This document shows positions 13,244 through 22,757 of a stretch of DNA of 64,000 bases, piece after piece. Position 1 is the stretch's first letter, and every line of letters starts with the position of its first letter. Below the pieces are notes generated by a model. The model was given only the letters and a program-made list of their open reading frames with translations, was not told where the DNA came from and did no database searches. Made by a program: the position numbers and the translations under genes. The stretch comes from Candidatus Omnitrophota bacterium (lineage in GTDB: Bacteria > Omnitrophota > Gorgyraeia > Zapsychrales > JANLHA01), in NCBI GenBank assembly GCA_020632555.1, contig JACKFI010000009.1, positions 1,966 through 65,965 on the forward strand, in the 5' to 3' direction.

Positions 13244-13336
13244 ATTCGCTCCTTTCATGAAAAAATAGTTTACCGGTAGGAAAAACTGCAGAAAAAACAT
13301 TAAATCTTCTTCAAATCCCACAACCACCATAACTTC

Positions 13337-13413
13337 TGGTCGGGAAGGTGGGATTTGAACCCACGACCTCAACGTCCCGAACGTTGCGCGCTAGCCACCT
13401 GCGCTACTCCCCG
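13337..13413 (-). tRNA. tRNA-Pro (anticodon CGG), CCA encoded
   Basis: The minus-strand 77-nt sequence CGGGGAGTAGCGCAGGTGGCTAGCGCGCAACGTTCGGGACGTTGAGGTCGTGGGTTCAAATCCCACCTTCCCGACCA folds as a cloverleaf. It has a 7-bp acceptor stem, a TTCGGGA anticodon loop and a GTTCAAATC T-loop. Confidence 0.93.
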
Positions 13414-13521
13414 AAATAACTATAAAATTTTTCAATCGCGATCTTACCGTTCTTCCAACGATATTCACGAAAACTTTTGCTGCTTTCTAAAAAATGAATT
13501 CGGTATTCTAACACAGAACTT

Positions 13522-14847
<1,326 letters not shown>

Positions 14848-14855
14848 TTATCGCG

Positions 14856-15290
14856 TTAAACTTCTTTAACTCCAAAACCAATTTCTGCTTCTGCCACCAC
14901 TTTATCATTGACAAAAGCTTGCGTTTTTAAAAACCCTGCTCGAGCAAGCAATTTGACCGTCGTCACTTCAATCTTCAATTGATCGCCCGGAATAACCGGA
15001 CTTTTAAACTTAGCTTCTACCCGAGCTAAATAATAAATCAAATTTTTTCCTTGGCAGTTTTTACTATAATAAAAATAAATACATGCCGCCTGCGCCATCG
15101 CCTCAATAATAAGTACGCCCGGCATCACTTTTTCATCGGGGAAATGGCCGACAAAATAGGGTTCATTGACTGAAACATTTTTCAGCGCGACAAGCTTTTC
15201 ATTTGGTCGCAAATCTAAAACCTTATCAATCAAAAGAAACGGAAAGCGATGTGGAATCACTTTTTGAATATCTTGAATATTTAGCTCCAT
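14856..15290 (-). CDS. fabZ: 3-hydroxyacyl-ACP dehydratase FabZ
   Basis: 144 aa with IPHRFPFLLID and GHFP..VMPGVL hot-dog dehydratase motifs. Confidence 0.9.
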   Translation of the reverse strand: MELNIQDIQKVIPHRFPFLLIDKVLDLRPNEKLVALKNVSVNEPYFVGHFPDEKVMPGVLIIEAMAQAACIYFYYSKNCQGKNLIYYLARVEAKFKSPVIPGDQLKIEVTTVKLLARAGFLKTQAFVNDKVVAEAEIGFGVKEV

Positions 15291-15347
15291 ATATCTTTCC
15301 TCTCATTTTCGCCTTACCAATATCTAACATCCATTTTAACCCCTGGA

Positions 15348-15396
15348 TTCCCGCTAAAAGCCCACCACAAAACATTGGTGGGTAAAATCGCGGGAA
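15348..15396 (-). other. Two-tier GC-rich stem-loop in the fabG-fabZ spacer (candidate structured RNA)
   Basis: TTCCCGC (15348-54) pairs with GCGGGAA (15390-96), and CCCACCA (15361-67) pairs with TGGTGGG (15376-82). The two stems are separated by a near-symmetric internal loop. Confidence 0.35.
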
Positions 15397-15413
15397 TGAC
15401 GGACGGGGCCACC

Positions 15414-15468
15414 CCCCAACATCCAACTTCCTACTCCAACCACCAACGTCTAACCTCTAACCACTAAC
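15414..15468 (-). repeat. About eight tandem heptamers ending in (C/T)AAC (minus strand GTTRGnn)
   Basis: The AAC/TAC ends fall at 15420, 15427, 15434, 15440, 15447, 15454, 15461 and 15468. All spacings are 7 nt except one of 6 nt. Confidence 0.4.
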
Positions 15469-15534
15469 GACCGAGGACGCAACGTCCGAGGGAGTGCCGA
15501 GCCCTCCGTGGCGAGGCCCCCTAGCCACCTGTTT

Positions 15535-16287
15535 CTATCTCATCGTCAAACCGCCATCAATTGCAATAATTTGTCCTGTAATATATGCGGCAGCAGGACT
15601 CAGCAAAAACTTCACACAATTGGCAACTTCTTCAGCCTCCCCCATCCGCCCCAAGGGAATCGTTTTTAAAATTTCTTGCTTGCGTTTCTCATCCATCTCA
15701 TCAGTAATATTTGTTCTAATCAACCCTGGCGCCACGGCATTGACGCGAATTCCATACAGCGAAACTTCTTTGGCTAAAGCTTTAGTAAAAGCGTTCATCC
15801 CACCTTTGGTCGCCGAATAATTAACTTGTCGAGGCAAACCCGTAATCCCACTGACCGAAGAAATATTAATAATATCGCCACTGCGCTGTTTAAGAAAAGT
15901 TACAATACAGGCACGCGCTGCATAAAACATTCCGTCCAAATTGGTGTTCACAACGTCACCCCACTCTTCATCACTCATCAGCATCAAAGCTTTGTCGCGC
16001 ACAATCCCGGCATTATTAATCAAAATATCCAAACGGCCAAACTTCTCTTTACTCTTTGCAATCCATGCTTTGACCGCTGCACTGTCTCTGATATCGACAC
16101 AACTGGCCTGACAACGAACTCCCAAAGCTTTGACTTCTTTCTCCAAAGCGGTCGCACTGTCCTGACTTTTTTGAAAATTAAAAACCACATCACATCCTTC
16201 ACATGCCAACATCAATACAATCTCACGCCCGATTCCCCGCGCCCCGCCTGTGACAATCGCAACTTTATCTTTCAATAATTTGGCCAT
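15535..16287 (-). CDS. fabG: 3-oxoacyl-ACP reductase FabG
   Basis: SDR motifs TGGARGIG and YSATKGG. Likely start is MAKLLKDK at 16287, internal to the track ORF. Confidence 0.88.
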   Translation of the reverse strand: MAKLLKDKVAIVTGGARGIGREIVLMLACEGCDVVFNFQKSQDSATALEKEVKALGVRCQASCVDIRDSAAVKAWIAKSKEKFGRLDILINNAGIVRDKALMLMSDEEWGDVVNTNLDGMFYAARACIVTFLKQRSGDIINISSVSGITGLPRQVNYSATKGGMNAFTKALAKEVSLYGIRVNAVAPGLIRTNITDEMDEKRKQEILKTIPLGRMGEAEEVANCVKFLLSPAAAYITGQIIAIDGGLTMR

Positions 16288-16320
16288 AATGAAAACTCCT
16301 AACTGACAAATAACAAACAA

Positions 16321-17559
16321 TTAATCCACATACTTGCGCAAGACCATGCAAGAATTCGCCCCACTGGGCGCAAATCCAACCACCAAAACATTCTTTAAAT
16401 TCGCTTTCACACTGGTGTTAGCAATAATATTTAAATCACAATCTGGGTCAGGAACCTGATAATTGATCGTCGGCGGAATAAAATTCTCATATAAAGCCCC
16501 CAAAGCTGCCGCTGCCGAGAATCCCCCGGTGACACTATAACATTCGCCAACCATAGACTTAACCGAACTAATCGGAACTTTTGAAGCATAACTCCCAAAA
16601 ATTTCCTTAATCGCGGCACATTCAATTTTATCAGCCGCAACCGTCGAATTCGCATTCGCACAAATATAATCGATATCTGTCGTTAAAAGTCCCGCGTTAT
16701 CCAAAGCTTCTTTAATCGCAATTTTCAGACCCGTCGCCCGCGGATTATATTTATGCAAACGAAATGGATCAAAACAATACCCAAACGACGCAATTTCACC
16801 CAAAATCCGCGCCCCACGTGCTTTAGCATGTTCGTAATCTTCCATACAAAAAAGACACGCCCCTTCACCAAAAGTAATCCCGTTGCGTCGTTTATCAAAA
16901 GGACAATTGACAAATTGTGATCCTTCTTTAGCACCAGAAATAAATTTTAACGTATGAAAACCAAAATACGTATGCCAGCACAATTCTTCGACACCGCCAG
17001 CATAAATCACCTTGGCCCGATCCCATTGCAAAAAATTATACGCATAACTCATCGCATCCAAAGCGGCAGTAAATCCAGTGGATATCGTCGTGTTAAACCC
17101 TTTGATTTTGTGCCAAATCGAAACTTGGCTGGCTGGTGAGTTAATGACAGTATTGGGAAATAAAGCAGGATTAACATACCGAGGGCCTTCGCGCAATGTC
17201 ACTTCATCAAACTCAGCAATACTCTTCAAACTACCCAGCGTTGTGCCAACCGAAACACCCACATCATCTGTATTTTCTTCAGTAATTATAAAACCACTAT
17301 CATCAATAGCCAGTTTGGCCGACGAAACCATCAACTTGGTGCTGCGGTCCAGCGTGCGTAAACCCTTTTTGCCCATATAGGTTGTGGCATCAAAATCAAT
17401 GATTTCTCCGGCAATATCAACATTGAATTTTGACGCATCAAAAAGGGTAATTGGACGATAACCAACACGTCCTTCTTTGAGTCCTTGCCAATACTCTTGC
17501 CGGCTTTTGCCAACGCCGTTCAAAATTCCCAAACCGGTAATGACAATACGTTTTGACAT
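16321..17559 (-). CDS. Beta-ketoacyl synthase (FabF/KAS II)-like protein with a substituted catalytic triad
   Basis: Aligns colinearly by eye with E. coli FabF (MSKRIVITGLG..., GGVEE, KSMVGE...). Cys163 is replaced by Phe (TISTGFTAAL), His303 by Asn (CANANST) and His340 by Glu (VGECYS). Start taken at MSKR (17559). Confidence 0.8.
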   Translation of the reverse strand: MSKRIVITGLGILNGVGKSRQEYWQGLKEGRVGYRPITLFDASKFNVDIAGEIIDFDATTYMGKKGLRTLDRSTKLMVSSAKLAIDDSGFIITEENTDDVGVSVGTTLGSLKSIAEFDEVTLREGPRYVNPALFPNTVINSPASQVSIWHKIKGFNTTISTGFTAALDAMSYAYNFLQWDRAKVIYAGGVEELCWHTYFGFHTLKFISGAKEGSQFVNCPFDKRRNGITFGEGACLFCMEDYEHAKARGARILGEIASFGYCFDPFRLHKYNPRATGLKIAIKEALDNAGLLTTDIDYICANANSTVAADKIECAAIKEIFGSYASKVPISSVKSMVGECYSVTGGFSAAAALGALYENFIPPTINYQVPDPDCDLNIIANTSVKANLKNVLVVGFAPSGANSCMVLRKYVD

Positions 17560-17619
17560 AGCAACGATTATACTCAAATTCGATATAATTAACAATACTC
17601 CATAACATTAAGAATACTT

Positions 17620-17745
17620 CAGACCTCGAGTCATTCCTTCAAAGCGAGTTCCGCAGCCCAGCAGGTTATCTGTAAGTCTTTTTAATTTTGAATAAGCGAC
17701 TAGCGCGAGGACTGTTTGAGCGTTGAAGGGATGGCCCGAGGTTTG
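17620..17745 (-). repeat. Long imperfect inverted repeat (23-nt arms, about 80-nt interior) in the ribE / fabF-like spacer
   Basis: CAGACCTCGAGTCATTCCTTCAA (17620-42) versus TTGAAGGGATGGCCCGAGGTTTG (17723-45). As RNA, 20 of 23 positions pair, counting one G-U. Confidence 0.45.
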
Positions 17746-17756
17746 AACAAATTCCC

Positions 17757-18332
17757 CTATCGCAAAAGATATCTGGCAAGAATATCCGTCTCCACATTAA
17801 TCTTATCCCCCATCTTTTTCTTGCCAAAGTTTGTAATTCTTAAAGTTGCGGGAATCAAATAAACCGTAATACTTTGCTTTTTAACCCGACCAACCGTCAA
17901 GCTAATCCCATCCAATGTCACCGACCCTTTCGCAACAAGGTAGCGCATAAATTTTTTGGGTGGAAAAATCTCGAATTCAACATAATTGGGAAGTTGAATA
18001 ATACGCTCAATCGTTCCCACACCGTCAACATGCCCCGTCACAAAATGCCCACCAAAACGACTATCTGCCTTCATAGCGCGCTCCAAATTCACGCAAGCGC
18101 CAGCTTTAAGATCACATAATGTCGTAGCCTGCAAAGTTTCTTTCATCAAATCAAAACTCAAAATCTTTCCTTTGCGACCTGTAACAGTTAAGCAAACCCC
18201 ATTAATTGCAATACTATCACCATTATTGGTGCCCGCAACAACCTTGTCCGCTTTAACACTCAAGACATAAAGATTCTCCCGACGAACAAGCTCTTGAACT
18301 GTCCCCTGCTCCTCAATAATTCCTGTAAACAT
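17757..18332 (-). CDS. ribE: Riboflavin synthase (alpha chain)
   Basis: 191 aa with the MFTGII N-terminus and the internally duplicated barrel sequence. Confidence 0.9.
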   Translation of the reverse strand: MFTGIIEEQGTVQELVRRENLYVLSVKADKVVAGTNNGDSIAINGVCLTVTGRKGKILSFDLMKETLQATTLCDLKAGACVNLERAMKADSRFGGHFVTGHVDGVGTIERIIQLPNYVEFEIFPPKKFMRYLVAKGSVTLDGISLTVGRVKKQSITVYLIPATLRITNFGKKKMGDKINVETDILARYLLR

Positions 18333-18344
18333 AAACCCTCACCC

Positions 18345-19433
18345 TTATTTAATGTAAGCTTCTAATAATAAATCATCGCCAATATGACGATAAGTCAGTT
18401 TGTGCAAATTCACGGTGCGATTTAGCTGCACCGTCTTAAGCCCATCAATAGAACTGACCGCACCTTGATCACCGATAATCTTGGGAGCAATAAAAACCAA
18501 AACTTTATCCACCAATTTTTCTTTAAGTGCCGACCCAATGACCTGCCCGCCACCCTCAATCAAAATCTTAACCATTTCTCGTCGTGCCAATTCTTTCAAC
18601 AACCACTTCAAATCAACTTTATTGTTTTTTTGCGGACAAACAATAATTTCAACACCGCGTTTTTCTAAGAGAACGCGTTTCTTCAAACTTGCTTTTTGCG
18701 TGGTCGCCATTAAACAATCCTGCGCTTTGGTTTTCTTGAAAAGTTTCGCACTCAAGGGAATCCGTAAAGAAGAATCCACGACAATTTTCTTTAAAGACTT
18801 TCTCGTTGCATTCAAACCCGGGTTATCTTTCAAAACCGTATTAATTCCCACTAAAATCGCATCAAATTCATTGCGCAAATCATGCGCATATGTTCGAGAA
18901 GCTGCCGAGGTAATCCATTGCGATTCACCTGTTCGAGTTGCTATCTTGCCATCCAATGTTTGTGCTGTTTTCGCCACTATGAAAGGCATTTTATATTTTA
19001 TGTATTTTACAAATGATTCATTCATCTGAAAAAGCGTATCTTGCAAAACACCAACTTTTACCTTAACTCCAGCTTTACGTAATTTTGCAATCGATTTGCC
19101 TTTGGTCATAGGATTCGGGTCTATCATCCCTATGATAACTTCCTTGATGCCGCTTTGCAAAATAGCATTCACACACGGTGGGGTACGACCAAAATGAAAA
19201 CAAGGCTCTAGAGTCACATAAAGTTTTGCACCCTTCAAATTCTGCTTCGTCTTTTCTAATGCGATAATCTCAGCGTGCGGACCACCACGATGATGATGAA
19301 AACCCTGCGTTATAATTTTGCCGTTTTTCACAATCACCGCGCCAACCATCGGGTTAGGAGAGGTCGTTAATCGACCCTTGAGGGCCAATTGATAGGCGAT
19401 CTTCATAAAATCAAGATCATTCATAAAAGTCAT
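18345..19433 (-). CDS. ribD: Bifunctional pyrimidine deaminase / uracil reductase RibD
   Basis: 362 aa with the deaminase Zn motifs HAEIIAL and PCFHFGRTPPC, plus a C-terminal reductase domain. Confidence 0.9.
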   Translation of the reverse strand: MTFMNDLDFMKIAYQLALKGRLTTSPNPMVGAVIVKNGKIITQGFHHHRGGPHAEIIALEKTKQNLKGAKLYVTLEPCFHFGRTPPCVNAILQSGIKEVIIGMIDPNPMTKGKSIAKLRKAGVKVKVGVLQDTLFQMNESFVKYIKYKMPFIVAKTAQTLDGKIATRTGESQWITSAASRTYAHDLRNEFDAILVGINTVLKDNPGLNATRKSLKKIVVDSSLRIPLSAKLFKKTKAQDCLMATTQKASLKKRVLLEKRGVEIIVCPQKNNKVDLKWLLKELARREMVKILIEGGGQVIGSALKEKLVDKVLVFIAPKIIGDQGAVSSIDGLKTVQLNRTVNLHKLTYRHIGDDLLLEAYIK

Positions 19434-19450
19434 TCGCTATTATTAATTTC

Positions 19451-19676
19451 TTTTGCCCGTACCCGCAACTGCTCTACGAGCTCGTCCTAAAAAGGACTCA
19501 CTCGATTTTATCTCTACACTAACTACGCACATTATTCGCTTGATCTTTTTGCCCGTACCCGCAACTGCTCTACGAGCTCGTCCTAAAAAGGACTCACTCG
19601 ATTTTATCTCTACACTAACTACGCACATTATTCGCTTGATCTTTTTGCCCGTACCCGCAACTGCTCTACGAGCTCG
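19451..19676. repeat. Perfect 96-bp tandem repeat, about 2.35 copies
   Basis: GCCCGTACCC recurs at 19455, 19551 and 19647. Units 19451-19546 and 19547-19642 are identical by eye. The repeat contains the last 16 codons, the stop and about 45 nt of 3' flank of the PHP gene. Confidence 0.9.
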
Positions 19677-20461
19677 CACGGAATACGTTTTTTGCCAATC
19701 CAAGTATTACTTTTATTCTTACCATGAGCATCAGAACCGCCCGTCATCGCCAATTTATATTTTCGCGCGAGCCCTTCATAATAAAAAATTGTCGCATCAG
19801 GGCAATTTGGATAATACACTTCAATGCCACCTAAACCTTGATCAACAAAACCGGCAATCAATTCATCCCTCTTGGTTACCATCGGGTGCGCCATAACCGC
19901 AACCCCACCCGCTTGACGAATCAAAGCAATCGCTTCTTTGGGAGATTGCTGATGTTTAGGAACATAAGCCTGACATTGATCACCAATATATTTATCAAAC
20001 GCTTGCCAAGGACTGTTGGCCCAACCCTGCTTAACCAAAGCCGCAGCTAAATGTGGACGCCCTAAAGCATCCGACTGAGCTTCTGCTTTAATGTCTTCAA
20101 ACGAAAGATTATCAATACCCTGTTTCTTTAAATTTTCAATCATGGCATTAATCCGAGCAAACCGCGTCGCACGAAATTCCCCCAATTTTTGTACTAACAA
20201 GGCATTGTCAGGATCCATAAAATAACCCAATATATGAATATCTTTATCCTGCACTTGCGTTGAAAGTTCAATGCCAGCCACGACTTCAATTCCCCATTCA
20301 ACACCAGCTGCTTGAGCGCTCTTTACAGCCGCCATAGTATCATGGTCGGTAATAGAAACACAGGAAAGCCCTGCATGACAAGACTCCTCAACCACTGCCT
20401 CTGGAGAAGCACTACCGTCAGAAAATGAGGTGTGCATATGCAAGTCAGCGAAATGGTTCAC
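19628..20461 (-). CDS. PHP-domain metal-dependent phosphoesterase (TrpH/YciV family)
   Basis: 277 aa with a DLHMHTSFSDG N-terminal His cluster and further H/D motifs (ITDHD, MAHP, GGSDAHG). Confidence 0.8.
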   Translation of the reverse strand: MNHFADLHMHTSFSDGSASPEAVVEESCHAGLSCVSITDHDTMAAVKSAQAAGVEWGIEVVAGIELSTQVQDKDIHILGYFMDPDNALLVQKLGEFRATRFARINAMIENLKKQGIDNLSFEDIKAEAQSDALGRPHLAAALVKQGWANSPWQAFDKYIGDQCQAYVPKHQQSPKEAIALIRQAGGVAVMAHPMVTKRDELIAGFVDQGLGGIEVYYPNCPDATIFYYEGLARKYKLAMTGGSDAHGKNKSNTWIGKKRIPCELVEQLRVRAKRSSE

Positions 20462-20913
20462 AGCTTCTGTCTTAAAGCAATAACTTCGGTTTTGTGGATT
20501 TTGTCTAAGATACCGTTGACAAATTTACTGGATTCAAGGTCACCGTACTTCTTAGCCAACTCTACGGCTTCATTAATACTGACTTTAGGCGGGATATCCA
20601 AACAATAAAAAAATTCAAAACAACTCATTCGCAAAATATTTCGGTCGATGATCGCCATGCGTTTTAACTGCCAATTTGTTGCATAAGAAGAAATCTTAGC
20701 ATCAATCGAGTTAAGCTCTAAAGAAACACCATAAACCAACCGGACAGCAAATTCCTTGGTTTCCTTATCAACTTCAACAGAATCATCTTCATCATCACTA
20801 ATCAAATCAGAGTTCCAAAACTCCTCAACCGTCGCTTCAACAGACCGAACCGTCGCATCCTTCTGATAAAGAATTTTTAAAGCACACTCGCGAGCAAAAC
20901 TACGTTTTCTCAT
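20458..20913 (-). CDS. nusB: Transcription antitermination factor NusB
   Basis: 151 aa with a typical NusB sequence (RECALKILYQ..., AIIDRNILR). ribH-nusB synteny. Confidence 0.88.
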   Translation of the reverse strand: MRKRSFARECALKILYQKDATVRSVEATVEEFWNSDLISDDEDDSVEVDKETKEFAVRLVYGVSLELNSIDAKISSYATNWQLKRMAIIDRNILRMSCFEFFYCLDIPPKVSINEAVELAKKYGDLESSKFVNGILDKIHKTEVIALRQKL

Positions 20914-20964
20914 ATTTTAAAATGCAACACTACCCAAATATTAATAATCTAAAACAGAACAAAA

Positions 20965-21429
20965 TCAAATTTTCGATAAAACATTAACCATTGCAACTGC
21001 AACACGTGCAGCTTCAGAACCCTTATTGTCATTTTTATCATCTGAACGGCTCAGCGCCTGCGCTATAGTATCCGTCGTCAAAACTCCAAAAACAATGGGC
21101 TTGCGCGTATCTAAAGAAACCTTCATAACTCCAGCAGCTGCTTGCTGGGCAATCAGCTCAAAATGCAATGTTTCTCCGCGAATCACTGCACCCAAACAAA
21201 CCACAGCATCAATATTCTTTTTACGAGCCAAAACAGATGCCGCCACCGGAATTTCAAAAGCACCCGGAACATGGATCACAGTTATATTCTTTTCAACAAT
21301 ACCTAAATTCAAAAATTCCTTTATACATCCCTGCAATAATCTCAAAATAATTGGTTCATTAAAAGCAGAAACAACAATCCCAAATCTTTGAGTTACTTTT
21401 TGCTTCAACTTATTTATTTTTAATGACAT
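20965..21429 (-). CDS. ribH: 6,7-dimethyl-8-ribityllumazine synthase
   Basis: 154 aa with the VPGAFEIP motif. Confidence 0.9.
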   Translation of the reverse strand: MSLKINKLKQKVTQRFGIVVSAFNEPIILRLLQGCIKEFLNLGIVEKNITVIHVPGAFEIPVAASVLARKKNIDAVVCLGAVIRGETLHFELIAQQAAAGVMKVSLDTRKPIVFGVLTTDTIAQALSRSDDKNDNKGSEAARVAVAMVNVLSKI

Positions 21430-21491
21430 AACAAATTACCATTTGACAAATATACCCTAAAAATCACGCTAAAGCAAGATGTCTGTACCAC

Positions 21492-22697
21492 TTACAGAAG
21501 GTGGCCCATTTTTTCTTTCTTTGTCTTTAAATAATTCTTATTATGTGCGTTATGAGCAACTTTAAGAGCAATACGTTCAACAACAGCCAAATCATAACCT
21601 TCAAGCCCAACAATTTTACGAGGATTATTTGTCAATAAGCGTATCTGCTTAATCCCTAAATCTGCCAAAATCTGCGCACCTATACCATAATCACGCAAAT
21701 CTGCTGAAAATCCTAAAGCTTCATTAGCTTCAACAGTATCCATGCCTTTATCTTGCAAGTTATAAGCTTTCAATTTATTGATTAACCCAATACCCCTACC
21801 CTCCTGACGCATGTATAACAAAACACCAGAGCCATTGGCAGCTATGGCTTTCAAAGAAGCATTCAATTGCGCATTGCAATCGCACCGTTGCGACCCAAAA
21901 ACGTCCCCGGTCAAACACTCAGACTGGACACGCACCAGCTCAGGAACAGTTCCATCAACTTTACCCATCACTAATGCAAGATGAATAATTTCTTCTACTT
22001 TCGACTCATATGAAATCAATGTAAACTCACCATAATCAGTGGGCAAACGCGTTTCAACAACTCGTTCTACTAATCTTTCCGACTTGCGACGATGCTCAAT
22101 CAAACTGGCTATCGAACAAATTTTAAGGTCAAATTTCTTAGCAAATGCAACAATATCAACTGTTCGCGCCATCGTTCCATCTTCATTCATAATCTCACAA
22201 ATAACCCCAGCAGGATACAGCTTAGCCAATTTCATTAAATCCACAGAAGCTTCTGTATGCCCAGCGCGCACCAAAACTCCTCCTTTTTTTGCCCGCAAAG
22301 GAAACAAATGACCCGGAGCTTCTAAATCACTGGGTTTAGCTTTAGGATCAATTAAAACTTTAACCGTATACGCGCGATCAAAAGCAGAAATTCCTGTCGT
22401 AATACCATGAGCCGCATCCACAGAAACAGTCCAACCTGTGTTGCTTAACTTATGAACACTTTGCCCAGAAAAGAGATCTTTCATCGGATGTAAACCCAAT
22501 TGATCCAATCGATTTTCTTCCATCGGCACACAAATCAAACCTCGCGCATTCTTCGCCATAAAATTGATAATTTCCGGTGTGATAAACTCCGCGGCAACCA
22601 ATAAATCACCTTCATTCTCACGTCCTTCATCATCCATCACCACAACCATTTTGCCTGTTTGCAAATCCTTTAAAACTTCCGCAATCGAATTAAACAT
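21492..22697 (-). CDS. ribBA: Bifunctional DHBP synthase / GTP cyclohydrolase II
   Basis: Contains RENEGDL, GHTEAS and the C..C.C Zn site (SECLTGD, RCDCNAQL). Start moved to the ATG at 22695-22697, which has an AAAGGTGA RBS. The track start at 22730 would lie inside the riboswitch terminator U-tract. Confidence 0.9.
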   Translation of the reverse strand: MFNSIAEVLKDLQTGKMVVVMDDEGRENEGDLLVAAEFITPEIINFMAKNARGLICVPMEENRLDQLGLHPMKDLFSGQSVHKLSNTGWTVSVDAAHGITTGISAFDRAYTVKVLIDPKAKPSDLEAPGHLFPLRAKKGGVLVRAGHTEASVDLMKLAKLYPAGVICEIMNEDGTMARTVDIVAFAKKFDLKICSIASLIEHRRKSERLVERVVETRLPTDYGEFTLISYESKVEEIIHLALVMGKVDGTVPELVRVQSECLTGDVFGSQRCDCNAQLNASLKAIAANGSGVLLYMRQEGRGIGLINKLKAYNLQDKGMDTVEANEALGFSADLRDYGIGAQILADLGIKQIRLLTNNPRKIVGLEGYDLAVVERIALKVAHNAHNKNYLKTKKEKMGHLL

Positions 22698-22730
22698 GCG
22701 CTCACCTTTTGTCTGGTCAAACATTATCAA

Positions 22731-22757
22731 TAAAAAATCCCGAAAAGCTTTCGGGAT
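22731..22757 (-). terminator. Intrinsic terminator (FMN riboswitch expression platform)
   Basis: Minus strand reads ATCCCGAAA-GCT-TTTCGGGAT followed by TTTTTTA: a 9-bp stem then a U-tract, immediately upstream of ribBA. Confidence 0.8.

Noticed and set aside
13244-13372. N-terminal extension of the 160-aa track ORF (MRSWVQIPPSRPEV...)
   Set aside because: The first codons are the translation of the tRNA-Pro T-arm and acceptor region on the same strand, a classic artefact. A downstream ATG with a GAAAGGAG RBS gives a sensible DUF4870-like protein.
15226-15426. 66-aa ORF in the fabG-fabZ spacer
   Set aside because: It overlaps the fabZ 5' end out of frame. Its Gly/Pro/Trp-rich sequence is what translation of the GC-rich hairpin region would give, so an RNA-level explanation is preferred.
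18481-19029. 182-aa plus-strand ORF
   Set aside because: It is entirely antisense to the well-supported ribD and has a low-complexity sequence. The same reasoning rejects the following ORFs antisense to strong CDSs: 15826-16278, 24011-24466, 31069-31494, 31520-31942, 36968-37369, 42970-43377 and 49452-49856.
19451-19676. Possible CRISPR array
   Set aside because: The 96-bp units are directly abutting with no unique spacers, the period is far longer than CRISPR repeats, and no cas genes are nearby.
19443-19703. 86-aa minus-strand ORF (and the 147-aa plus-strand ORF at 19453-19896) with internally repeated peptide sequence
   Set aside because: The peptide repeats merely reflect the 96-bp (32-codon) DNA tandem repeat. 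The ORFs overlap the PHP gene 3' end and have no RBS or recognisable fold.
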